NCBI GenBank assembly: GCA_964551445.1
Contig: CAZKCG010000013.1
Span: 23,358-87,357 of the forward strand
Origin: an uncultured bacterium
GTDB lineage: Bacteria; Muiribacteriota; UBA9980
DNA length: 64,000 bases
Direction: 5' to 3'
Positions 46,679-55,547 of the stretch are shown one piece after another. The position numbers and the translations under genes are program-made. Under the pieces are notes generated by a model. That model made no database searches. It saw only the letters and a list, made by a program, of their open reading frames with translations, and had not been told where the DNA came from. Each line of letters starts with the position of its first letter. The first letter of the stretch is position 1.

Positions 46679-47323
46679 ATGATAGCGCGGGAGTATCAGA
46701 TGCGGCGGTCAAATCACGGACGCCATGTAAAATTTAATACCGGTTTAAGCAAAATGACCGTCATGCTTGCCATGCTTCTTATGATGGCCGCGGCCGGCGC
46801 TGCGCTGGTATATTTCAAGTCGCGCGGTGTCGAGATACTCGAGGGCCTCGCATCATCCGAAGGCGTTGCCAGGATGTTCCCGGAACAGAACGCCGGAATA
46901 AAAAAATTGCTTTCCGAAGGCGGATCTTCCGGCAAATTAGACGCGCTCCGATCAAACACAGGCGCTGCGCCGGAACGGCCGGATCTTCCGACAGGCATTG
47001 AAGACGCTTCCGCTAACTCGAAACCGTCAAAGAAAGGGATCGACGAGATAATTTTCAGAAACGGCGATACTCTCACGGGCCGGATAATAACGGACAAAAT
47101 AGTCACGAAGACAGAACACGGCAGCATAACCTTCAAAATTTCAGACGTTACCTCGATCTTCTGTATTTATGAGGCTGACCCGCCGTACGACAAGGTGGTT
47201 TCAAAGAACGGCGACCGCGTTACCGGAAAGCTTCAGACGGAAACTATCGCGCTTAGAACGGCCGGCGGCGACACCGTCTCCATATCGCTTTCAAAGGTCA
47301 AGATAATAAACAGTTTTAAATAA
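46679..47323 (+). CDS. membrane-anchored hypothetical protein with two NGD-x-(L/V)TG repeats
   Basis: Transmembrane helix MTVMLAMLLMMAAAGAALVYF. An internal duplication: IIFRNGDTLTGRIITDKIVTKTEHGSITFKISDVTSI versus VVSKNGDRVTGKLQTETIALRTAGGDTVSISLSKVKII. The true start may be ATG 46754. Confidence 0.5.
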   Translation: MIAREYQMRRSNHGRHVKFNTGLSKMTVMLAMLLMMAAAGAALVYFKSRGVEILEGLASSEGVARMFPEQNAGIKKLLSEGGSSGKLDALRSNTGAAPERPDLPTGIEDASANSKPSKKGIDEIIFRNGDTLTGRIITDKIVTKTEHGSITFKISDVTSIFCIYEADPPYDKVVSKNGDRVTGKLQTETIALRTAGGDTVSISLSKVKIINSFK

Positions 47324-47344
47324 AAATCATGGAGGAGATCAGGC

Positions 47345-47995
47345 ATGGATATCGGCGATTCACTCATAAGTTCGGCGGCTGACGGCGACATAGCGAAAAT
47401 GAGCCTCATGTTCGCGGCCTCATACGGAAATAACGAGATATTGAAAAAACTCATTGGAAACGGCATTAACGTCGACTCGAAAGAAAATTCGATCGGCATG
47501 ACGCCTATGATGCTCGCCGCGAGCGCCGGGCACATAGACACCGTCAAACTTCTGATACAGATGCGCGCCGACGTTAACGCACTCGACGGCCTCGGAAACA
47601 GCGCATTCTTTTACGCATGCAGGATGGGCCATTTCGATATCGTGAAGCTTTTGATCGATCAGAACATGCAGATAAACTCGAAACAGACGGTTTTTGGAAT
47701 GAGCGCGCTCATGCTCGCCGTCATTTCAGGCCACGCCGACATAATCGAGCTTCTCGTCGAACACGGGGCGGACCTTAACGCCAAGGACAATAACGGCGTA
47801 AGCGCGATGACGCTCGCGACGGTGGCAGGTATGGCGGATATCGTTGAATATCTCATAAGCCGCGGAGCCGACGTCAACACTGAAAACAACGCCGGATGGA
47901 CGGTTTTAATGCTTGCCCGCGAAAAAGGGCATGAAGAGATAGTTAAGATACTCGAAAAGGCCGGAGCGAAAGAAATAGTCCAGCCCATTCATTAA
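47345..47995 (+). CDS. ankyrin-repeat protein (about 6 repeats)
   Basis: Repeated ~33-aa units of the type GMTPMMLAASAGHIDTVKLLIQMRADVNA, GNSAFFYACRMGHFDIVKLLI, GMSALMLAVISGHADIIELLVEHGADLNAKD and GWTVLMLAREKGHEEIVKILEKAGA. RBS ggagga. Confidence 0.9.
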   Translation: MDIGDSLISSAADGDIAKMSLMFAASYGNNEILKKLIGNGINVDSKENSIGMTPMMLAASAGHIDTVKLLIQMRADVNALDGLGNSAFFYACRMGHFDIVKLLIDQNMQINSKQTVFGMSALMLAVISGHADIIELLVEHGADLNAKDNNGVSAMTLATVAGMADIVEYLISRGADVNTENNAGWTVLMLAREKGHEEIVKILEKAGAKEIVQPIH

Positions 47996-48007
47996 CTTGA
48001 GCGCGTT

Positions 48008-48030
48008 GCGCGGCCGGCAGCCGGTCCGCG
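48008..48030 (+). terminator. GC-rich hairpin between convergent genes
   Basis: cgcggccgg-cag-ccgg(t)ccgcg. The T-run (gtccgttttt) begins only ~13 nt later, so this is an atypical terminator. Confidence 0.25.
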
Positions 48031-48066
48031 GTCGTTCAATGTCCGTTTTTATCTTCGCCGGAGTAA

Positions 48067-49680
48067 TTATTCCAGGCTTATTTCTTCCGTTGCTTCAGTT
48101 ATAACGCCGTCTTTGGGCGTGCCGATCTTTTCTTTAAGCTTTTGGATCCGCTTTTTATAATCTTCGCCGCCCGTCTTCAATTTAACTTCGGCAGTCTTTT
48201 TGGCAGCGGTTTTAACTTCGTGCGTCGAGGCTTCCAATGTTTTATCATCGGCTTTTTTCCCGTCGCTTTTTTTCTCAGACTTGATTTCCGAAGCGTCTTG
48301 CGTATCTTTCCCCGTATTTTTTAATTTCGCCTCGTTAGTATCGAGCTTAACTTCCGAACTATCCATCAGTTCGATCTCTTCGGTCTCTGAAAGTTCTCCG
48401 CGGCGTTTCTTTTCAAGTTTTATGAGGATGTCGAGATCTATAATGACCTCTTCCGTATCGTAAGGGCTTATGGCAAGCTCAGTCTCTGTTTTTATTCTGT
48501 CCTCGTCGACTTTTTTCATGTGTTCATAGCAGCGCAGAAGTATCCTGTGGGCTTTTACGAGATCGTCGGGTTCGGCGTCCAGCTTTTTAAAAGTATGCGA
48601 TCTGGATTCGGGATAGTCGAGGATGTCGTAGAGCATGTCTACCGCTTCGTCGTATTTAGCGTTATAGTAAAAATATGAAGCCTTGAAAAGGCCTTTTTGG
48701 ACGTCGCTTAATCTGGGAAGGTAGTCGGCCAGTTTCTGCACGCCGCCCTTGCCGTAGAATCCGCCGCTTTCCTTCAAAAGATTGTTCGCGACCTTTATGT
48801 CTATGGAGCGTTTTTCATCGGCGGCCAGCATCATTTCAAATACGCCCTTCAATATCCAGACGCCTTCGTCGTAAAAGGGGGAGCGCAGGTATTTTCGGGT
48901 TTTAAAGTCCGTGAGAAGTTTTTCGGCTTCTTCGAGCTGGCCCGAAAGAACTAACAACTGGGCTTTTTTTGTTTTATACTGGGGCGTTTCCATGAAAGTT
49001 TCGGCTTCTTTATCGAGCGTCTTTAAAAGGTCGTAGGCTTCGATGGGATCTTCGAAACGGATCTCGTTCTCTATCTGAAAAAGGCGCACGTCGTTCTGCG
49101 TTAAAAATACGCCGCCGATCTTGAAGTCGGAAGTGTAGAAAAAATCTTTTCTGAAAAGCTTTGAAAAATGAGTTCTGGCCCTTTTATAAACCTGTCTTTT
49201 CTGTTCTTCGCCGGAACGCATGAAATTTCTGATGGAATTGAAAAGGCCGAGGATGAGATGATATTCGTCCACGCGGTATTTGGCCTTCGCGAAATAGCGG
49301 ATGTCGAGCTCGGACGCTTTGAGCATGTCCTGTATCTGTTTTACCTTGAAATTACCCTTTTTGAAAAGCACGTCAATATAAAAACTCTTGTAAAGCGCGT
49401 TGAAAAAGACCATGTCGTATTTCGTCTGGCCGGTGGCGCTCGTAAGAGTCCGTTCCAGAACGGAAATATTGTTGTTGAGCTTGCTTTCGTCATAGATTAT
49501 CTTTTCGGTTTCAAGCGATACTATCACGCCGTGAAGCTGCTGCTGCGGCGAAAGGTTCAATATCGAATTCTGCGCACCGCCGCCTTTATCCGAAAAGCAG
49601 CCCTGAAGGCCGAAAGAGGCCATGGCGAAAATTATGGTTAAAAGGATCTTTTTTATGTTATGGGACGCGCTTTTTTTCAT
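48067..49680 (-). CDS. probable lipoprotein with TPR-like helical repeats and a charged Lys/Glu-rich C-terminus
   Basis: Signal peptide and lipobox-like ILLTIIFAMASFGLQGC. TPR-like segments (YYNAKYDEAVDMLYDILD, LVLSGQLEEAEKLL). Confidence 0.55.
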   Translation of the reverse strand: MKKSASHNIKKILLTIIFAMASFGLQGCFSDKGGGAQNSILNLSPQQQLHGVIVSLETEKIIYDESKLNNNISVLERTLTSATGQTKYDMVFFNALYKSFYIDVLFKKGNFKVKQIQDMLKASELDIRYFAKAKYRVDEYHLILGLFNSIRNFMRSGEEQKRQVYKRARTHFSKLFRKDFFYTSDFKIGGVFLTQNDVRLFQIENEIRFEDPIEAYDLLKTLDKEAETFMETPQYKTKKAQLLVLSGQLEEAEKLLTDFKTRKYLRSPFYDEGVWILKGVFEMMLAADEKRSIDIKVANNLLKESGGFYGKGGVQKLADYLPRLSDVQKGLFKASYFYYNAKYDEAVDMLYDILDYPESRSHTFKKLDAEPDDLVKAHRILLRCYEHMKKVDEDRIKTETELAISPYDTEEVIIDLDILIKLEKKRRGELSETEEIELMDSSEVKLDTNEAKLKNTGKDTQDASEIKSEKKSDGKKADDKTLEASTHEVKTAAKKTAEVKLKTGGEDYKKRIQKLKEKIGTPKDGVITEATEEISLE

Positions 49681-49745
49681 TATAAACTGCCACCCTTATA
49701 TTGTTTGTCCGTTTATTTTATCGGTTTTTTTTCGCATAAGTTAAA

Positions 49746-52331
49746 TTATTCCAATATGCGGTCTTTTTTTATGCCGTGCCCCGATAATGGCGAGGTCGAA
49801 GGATCCAGCCTGTAATTTTTAACGAAGGAGACCGTGTCCGAAAGGTCGGCGTCGAAATGTTTCGAGTAGTTAAAAAGCGAGAACGCGAATTTTTTAACCC
49901 CGAAAGCGGCGTATTCGTTCATGTAAGATGTCATATTCAAAAGGCCCGAGCTGTACGCGACCGTCTTTGAAGGATTTATGGCCGTTATATAGTGCGCGCC
50001 GTTTTTAAAAACGAGAGCGGCCATTCTAAACGGCGAGCCGGCGGGCGCCTCGTTATGATCGGCCTTGAAATAATTCATGTTCTGCCTGAAGAAATCGTAG
50101 GCGAAAGTCGCCACGGCGAGGTTTCCGAACGCTCTTATCCTGATCTTTTCGATCACTTCCGGGGCTTTTTCGGCCGCCGTTTTCAGAAAATTAATTATAT
50201 CGTCATGGTTCAATTCAACCGACGGGCATATCTCATCGGCGCCCTGATTTATGAGGTAACAGCATGTATGCAGGTTAATTACATTCATCGATGAACCGGC
50301 GCTTAAGATGAATTTTTTGCGCGTCTTTTTTGCGATCTTGCGCATTACTTCAAATTGTGAAAGATTATTGACGATGAATTTGGCGATCCCCGATTCGGCG
50401 GCCTGCGTGATAAGGTTTTCAAATATGACGGTCTCGCTCTGAAAGAGAACGGAAGGAAGTTCGACCGCCGCTTCCAGCCCTTTTTCAACGCACCATGCGG
50501 CGTATTTCACCATCGCGTCGGTCCCGCCGGGCCTCATAAAATAATTGAGGGACGCAGCCGCTTCATTGAAATGAGGGGCGAGTTCGCCGTTTATGAGTTC
50601 GTCAGAGAACAGAAGAAGTTCCATTTCCATTTTTTCGGGTTCTATTTTTAAGGCGTGCGGATGCCTCGGCGATTCGGGTTCGCCAAGTCCCAGCAAATGC
50701 CTGGAATGGATATTTGAAGATATGAATTCTTTTTCATCGGCCTCGAATTTTTCGAAATCGGCGTGGAATCTGTCGAAAACCAGCTTCCCATATTTTTTCA
50801 GGCATGAGAGTGGAATGAAGATGCCTTCCACGTGAAATTTGACCTTGAATTTTTCGTCGGGGCAGGCGAATTTTGTTTTATCGTAGCACGCGAAGGTGTT
50901 TTTGACGGTTTCGGTAGAAAGCGAGTGTTTTTCGGCTTTGTGCGTTTCAATCGATTCAGTGGGATATTCGAATTTTTTGCCGTGGAACAATATCTCGGTT
51001 TTCATCGTGCGCCCGTAAATATCGACGCTTATCGATAACTGCTTCAAATGCCCTTCGGCTTTAGGGGCATCCTTATCCTGTAATATTTTCAGTTTTTTTA
51101 TGGAGGAGGCTTCCTCGGAATGGACCAGATAGACTTTCGATATCACGAAGCCGCTTCTGTCTTTGGGATTTTTAGCGTCTTTTTCAAGCGTGAGGAATTT
51201 GAATTTTATGAAAACGCTCTCGCCCTTTTCGGCTTTGAATATATGTTTTTTGTCGCGGTCGAATATCGCCTCTATTTTTATGAGGGCCCTCTCGCCTTCG
51301 GGCGATTCGAGATCTAAAAGATCGTTGGTCCCGATCGCGGCGCACATTTTTATTTTCATGGTAAGCGTGTCGGCCCAGAAATCCGAGATGTCGCGGGACG
51401 CCAGAAGGCCGTAATTCTGGTTCCTTTCGGAATATATGACGTCGCAGGTGGAGCGGCCTTTGAGATATCCCGTGCAGTAAGTGCGGTTATATGTCCTGCT
51501 CATTTTTTCGTTTATTCTGTAGGCTTCTTCCGGCGTCAGATTACGGGCCATGACGAGGTCGCAGGCTTCGCGCAGGGCCGAGGTGACGTTATAGATATAT
51601 GAGGCGCTCCTGCCGCGGCCTTCGATCTTGAAGGACTTGACGCCGGCGTCGTATAATTCGGTGAGCATCGGCACCATCGAAATATCGCGCGTCGAAAGAT
51701 AATATTTATCGGGCCTTCCGATGGCTGAATATTTAAGGCGGCACATCTGCGAGCACAGGCCGCGGTTTCCGGAGCGGTTGTTGGCGAAGGAGCTCATGTA
51801 GCAGACGCCCGATATCGCGGAACACAAGGCGCCTGCGACGAAGGTTTCTATCTCGGGTTTTGATTCGGCGCATATCTGGCGGATCTCTTCTATCTGGCAT
51901 TCACGGGATAATATAACTCTTTTGACCTTGAGTTCGTGAAGCTTCGACACCGAATTGACGTTATGCGCGTTAGCCTGGGTGGAGGCGTGTATCTCGATCC
52001 CCGGAAATATTTTTGACATGAGCGCTATCATTCCCAGATCCTGCATGATGAAGGCATCGCATCCGCATTCGCGGGCGGTCCTGACGGAGTTCACGAGCGT
52101 CTTTATCTCCGCGTCCTTGATGAGCGTGTTTAATGTCAGATACACTTTTTTATTCATTTTATGGGCGAGGGACGCGACCTCTTCAAGTTGGGGAAAAGTG
52201 AAGTTCTCTGCCATTTTTCGGGCGCCGTAATCTTTGAGGCCCAGATATATCGCGTCGCATCCGGCCGACATGGCGGCCTTCGCGGCGTCCATGCTTCCGG
52301 CTCCGGCGAGCAGTTCAACGAATCGATTCAT
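49746..52331 (-). CDS. large U32-family protein (861 aa; peptidase U32 / RlhA-TrhP-UbiU-type family)
   Basis: The N-terminal ELLAGAGSMDAAKAAMSAGCDAIYLGL...KVYLTLNTLIKD and the Cys-rich FVAGALCSAISGVCYMSSF...GLCSQMCR are typical of U32 proteins. Confidence 0.8.
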   Translation of the reverse strand: MNRFVELLAGAGSMDAAKAAMSAGCDAIYLGLKDYGARKMAENFTFPQLEEVASLAHKMNKKVYLTLNTLIKDAEIKTLVNSVRTARECGCDAFIMQDLGMIALMSKIFPGIEIHASTQANAHNVNSVSKLHELKVKRVILSRECQIEEIRQICAESKPEIETFVAGALCSAISGVCYMSSFANNRSGNRGLCSQMCRLKYSAIGRPDKYYLSTRDISMVPMLTELYDAGVKSFKIEGRGRSASYIYNVTSALREACDLVMARNLTPEEAYRINEKMSRTYNRTYCTGYLKGRSTCDVIYSERNQNYGLLASRDISDFWADTLTMKIKMCAAIGTNDLLDLESPEGERALIKIEAIFDRDKKHIFKAEKGESVFIKFKFLTLEKDAKNPKDRSGFVISKVYLVHSEEASSIKKLKILQDKDAPKAEGHLKQLSISVDIYGRTMKTEILFHGKKFEYPTESIETHKAEKHSLSTETVKNTFACYDKTKFACPDEKFKVKFHVEGIFIPLSCLKKYGKLVFDRFHADFEKFEADEKEFISSNIHSRHLLGLGEPESPRHPHALKIEPEKMEMELLLFSDELINGELAPHFNEAAASLNYFMRPGGTDAMVKYAAWCVEKGLEAAVELPSVLFQSETVIFENLITQAAESGIAKFIVNNLSQFEVMRKIAKKTRKKFILSAGSSMNVINLHTCCYLINQGADEICPSVELNHDDIINFLKTAAEKAPEVIEKIRIRAFGNLAVATFAYDFFRQNMNYFKADHNEAPAGSPFRMAALVFKNGAHYITAINPSKTVAYSSGLLNMTSYMNEYAAFGVKKFAFSLFNYSKHFDADLSDTVSFVKNYRLDPSTSPLSGHGIKKDRILE

Positions 52332-52974
52332 AAAGCTTTCCTATTTCCTCCATGGTTTTTGAGGTTATTATTTTGTATGCCTCGCGCTCGTCTTCGGGCT
52401 TGAGGTGCTCGAGTCCGTATATGTCGTCGAAAATAAGCGGCTGGCCTATCTTTATACGCACCCTCGAAATTCTGGGGACGAATTTGTTTTTAGGAAGTAT
52501 CTCTCGCGTTCCTGAAATGGCGGCCGGAACGACTATGGCTTTTGATTTATAGGCTATCATTCCCGCGCCGGCTTTAGCGGGTCTTAATTCGCCGTCGGCG
52601 GATCTTGTGCCTTCCGGGAAAATGCCGAGGACCATGCCTTCTTTTATCTGCGCTATCGCCTGCCGCATGGCTCCTGAGTCGGCGCCTTCGCGGTTGATCG
52701 AGACGTGAGCCGCCTTTCTTATGCACCAGCCGAGCACCGGCACTGAAAAAAGGACTTTTTTCGCGAAAAATGACACCGGCACTTTTTGTATGAGCATATA
52801 TAAAACGGGGTCGAGATTTGAGATATGGTTCGACGCGAGAAGCGCCCCCCGGCCTGTTTTATTTATGATGTCGAGATTTTCTTCGCCTTCGATCTCATAA
52901 CGGATGAAGAAGATGGAGAAGAGCATCCTTAAAATTATTCTGAAAAAGTAGATATAAATTTTATATTCTTTCAT
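52315..52974 (-). CDS. plsC: 1-acyl-sn-glycerol-3-phosphate acyltransferase
   Basis: HX4D motif SNHISNLDP and the FPEGTRS motif. Overlaps the downstream U32 gene by 17 nt. Confidence 0.85.
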   Translation of the reverse strand: MKEYKIYIYFFRIILRMLFSIFFIRYEIEGEENLDIINKTGRGALLASNHISNLDPVLYMLIQKVPVSFFAKKVLFSVPVLGWCIRKAAHVSINREGADSGAMRQAIAQIKEGMVLGIFPEGTRSADGELRPAKAGAGMIAYKSKAIVVPAAISGTREILPKNKFVPRISRVRIKIGQPLIFDDIYGLEHLKPEDEREAYKIITSKTMEEIGKLYESIR

Positions 52975-52999
52975 TTTTAGACCCGTACTTTCCCTTTTT

Positions 53000-53710
53000 T
53001 TATTTTAAATTAAAGCTTTTTTCAGCCATTTTAACTATCTTTGCGATCACTTCGGCCGCGCTCATATCGGACGTATCGAGTTCCACCGCGTCATCCGCCA
53101 TTTTTAAAGGCGCTATAGCCCTTGTCTCATCCATTCTGTCGCGGCTTACGACGTCTTCGAGAACTTTTTCGAAAACGGCGCTGTCGCCTTTAGCGATCAA
53201 TTCGTCAAAACGCCTTTTGGCGCGCACTTCGGCTTTCGCGGTGAGAAACACTTTTAAAACCGAATCGGGAAGAACGCATGTGCCGATATCTCTTCCGTCC
53301 ATTACGACCGGGTGCGTTGCGGCGAAACTTCTGAGTTTTTCATTGACCTTGTCGCGCACCGGCGGATTGGACGCTACGAGCGGAACGAAGCGTGAAACTT
53401 CTTCCGTGCGTATCCGGTTTCCTACGGATTCGCCGTTTAAAAGAACGGTGAAATTCGAATCCGATACCATGAAGCCTATATCGAATTTTTTAAGTTCAGA
53501 GGAAAGGACGCTTCCGTCGGTTATTCGGACCTTCGCTTCGGGTCCGAATCTTTCGATGAAATAAAGCGCGCATGTGCGGTATATCGCGCCTGAATCAACG
53601 TATGTGAAGCCGAGCTTTTCAGCGACCTTTTTCGCGACGGTCGATTTTCCGGACCCGGCAGGGCCGTCTATTGCGAGGCTTTTTGTGAAATTCTTCAATT
53701 TTATCACCAC
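53000..53710 (-). CDS. cmk: cytidylate kinase
   Basis: IAIDGPAGSGKSTVAKKVAEKLGFTYVDSGAIYR...VMDGRDIGT. GTG start. Confidence 0.9.
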   Translation of the reverse strand: MVIKLKNFTKSLAIDGPAGSGKSTVAKKVAEKLGFTYVDSGAIYRTCALYFIERFGPEAKVRITDGSVLSSELKKFDIGFMVSDSNFTVLLNGESVGNRIRTEEVSRFVPLVASNPPVRDKVNEKLRSFAATHPVVMDGRDIGTCVLPDSVLKVFLTAKAEVRAKRRFDELIAKGDSAVFEKVLEDVVSRDRMDETRAIAPLKMADDAVELDTSDMSAAEVIAKIVKMAEKSFNLK

Positions 53711-53904
53711 TTGTTAATATATTTTGTGAAGTATGAGCCGCTTCTATTTTTAAATTGCGTTCCCGCCGTTTATATTTAACTTCCATGCCGTGCCGTCATC
53801 CGGCCCGTTGAAAATATTACTGCTTTTTAACTCCGTTTGCGGCATTTCAGGCATCCGGCTTCCGGATGTCGATCCGGTTTTATCGATATAAAATGATAAT
53901 GAAC

Positions 53905-55284
53905 CTATTTTATTTCAAACTTAAATCCCATTTTATCGAGCTCTTCAAAAAACGCCGGATTTGAAACCTTTACGCATTCGGTATTTTTGACGCTGAAATC
54001 ACATCCGGATACGATGCCGGCGATAATAAATGTCATGGTCATTCTGTGGTCATTTTTCGGGTCCAGGTCCGCTCCGTGAAGTTTTTTAACTCCCCTGATA
54101 ATGAGTGAGTCGTTTTTAACTGAAATGTCCGCGCCCATTTTTTTGAGCCCTTCCGAAAGTACCGAAAGCCTGTCGGACTCCTTGACGCGAAGTTCCGAAA
54201 GACCGGATATCAAACTCGTTCCATCGGCCAGGGCGAGCGTGAGAGCGAGCATCGGTATTTCGTCTATCGTTGAAATTATTTCTTCCGGGTCGTCCATGCT
54301 CACCGGGAAAATATTTCTTTTTATAGAACCCGCCGTTACCGATATATCCGCTTTTTCTTCGTTCGAAACGGTTTTGCAGCGGGCGTATTCAACTTTGAAA
54401 CCGGCGGCGGCCAGAGATGTTAAAAACCCCAGTCTCGTTTCATTCACGAGCGTTTCTTTTGCGGTAATATTGAACGGCACTCCGTGAACGGTTTGAAAAA
54501 GAGCTGAAAGTCCGAGGTAGAACGAAGCGGTTGAAATATCATTGGCGATATTTATTGAAGCAGGCTGAACCGTTTGTTTTCCGGGTACGCTGATCTTGAT
54601 ATGACCGTCGCGGGTTTCCGCTAATTCGGCTTCGAGTGCGAAATTTGGAAACATCAGTTCCGTATGGTTTCTCGTTTCGTATCGTTCGGTTATGACGGTC
54701 GTGCCGCGCGCGCTGATAGCGGCCATCATTAAAGCCGTCTTTACCTGGGCGCTGCCAGCCGCGTTGTCGAATTTTATCGCTTTTAATTTCGAGCCTTTTA
54801 TCGAGGCCGGAAGATTTCCGCCGCTTCGCAATATTATATTCGCGCCCATTTTTTCGAGCGGCGCCGAAACCCTTTTCATAGGTCTTTTAGCGAGCGAAGC
54901 GTCGCCGGCTAAAAAAAAACTTTTTCCATCGATACCCGCAAGCGCTCCCATAAGGAATCTAGCGCCCGAGCCCGAATTTTCACAGTCTATGAAACCGTCC
55001 GGTTCGATGAAATTCTCAATGCCAGGGCTTTTTATTTTCAATGTTTTATCGGCCGCCGAAAATTCGATCTTAACTCCGAGTTTTTCAAGCGCCGCGAGGG
55101 TCGTCAGACAATCACCCGCGAGCGACGGATTTTTTATCTTCGATGTCCCCGCAGCCATTGCGGATAATATCATCGCCCTGTGCGTGATAGATTTATCGCC
55201 GCCGGAAGATATCTCGAATTTTTTCGAAATACCTTTTCCGTATATCGTTTTATTGTCGCTTGCGCGATAATAAAAGGCCGCCAT
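53905..55284 (-). CDS. aroA: 3-phosphoshikimate 1-carboxyvinyltransferase (EPSP synthase)
   Basis: GGDKSITHRAMILSAMAAGTS...GDASLAKRPMKRVSAPLEKMGANI...ELRVKESDRL...DHRMTMTF. Confidence 0.9.
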   Translation of the reverse strand: MAAFYYRASDNKTIYGKGISKKFEISSGGDKSITHRAMILSAMAAGTSKIKNPSLAGDCLTTLAALEKLGVKIEFSAADKTLKIKSPGIENFIEPDGFIDCENSGSGARFLMGALAGIDGKSFFLAGDASLAKRPMKRVSAPLEKMGANIILRSGGNLPASIKGSKLKAIKFDNAAGSAQVKTALMMAAISARGTTVITERYETRNHTELMFPNFALEAELAETRDGHIKISVPGKQTVQPASINIANDISTASFYLGLSALFQTVHGVPFNITAKETLVNETRLGFLTSLAAAGFKVEYARCKTVSNEEKADISVTAGSIKRNIFPVSMDDPEEIISTIDEIPMLALTLALADGTSLISGLSELRVKESDRLSVLSEGLKKMGADISVKNDSLIIRGVKKLHGADLDPKNDHRMTMTFIIAGIVSGCDFSVKNTECVKVSNPAFFEELDKMGFKFEIK

Positions 55285-55547
55285 TATTTATCTTCCTCTA
55301 AAGGTTTTATCTTAAGGTCCATTCTATCAAGGCTTTTTAAAATTTTCTTGAAAAGCTCGACGTAATCGTCGGCAACGTTTGCCACGACTATCGAGCCGGG
55401 CCCGTCTGAATTTTTGTGTATCCCGCCCGTCGCCGTTCTTTTTTCAGGCGTCATTTCGGTCGTTATTACGCCCACGTCCTCGTAGGATTCGAGTATATGA
55501 GCGAAAAGATGAATGTTTTCCGGCGGCATTTCAAAAGAAAATCTCAT
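55284..55547 (-). CDS. small hypothetical protein (87 aa), possibly DUF4911-like
   Basis: One-nucleotide TGATG-type overlaps at both ends, with the U32 stop at 55547 and the aroA start at 55284. The sequence MRFSFEMPPENIHLFAHILESYEDVGVITT... resembles my recollection of DUF4911. Confidence 0.5.
   Translation of the reverse strand: MRFSFEMPPENIHLFAHILESYEDVGVITTEMTPEKRTATGGIHKNSDGPGSIVVANVADDYVELFKKILKSLDRMDLKIKPLEEDK

Noticed and set aside
53852-53870. Perfect palindrome catccgg-ctt-ccggatg in the aroA-cmk spacer.
   Set aside because: It has a 3-nt loop and no adjacent T-tract on the transcribed (minus) strand. It occurs once, so the evidence is insufficient to call it a terminator or operator.
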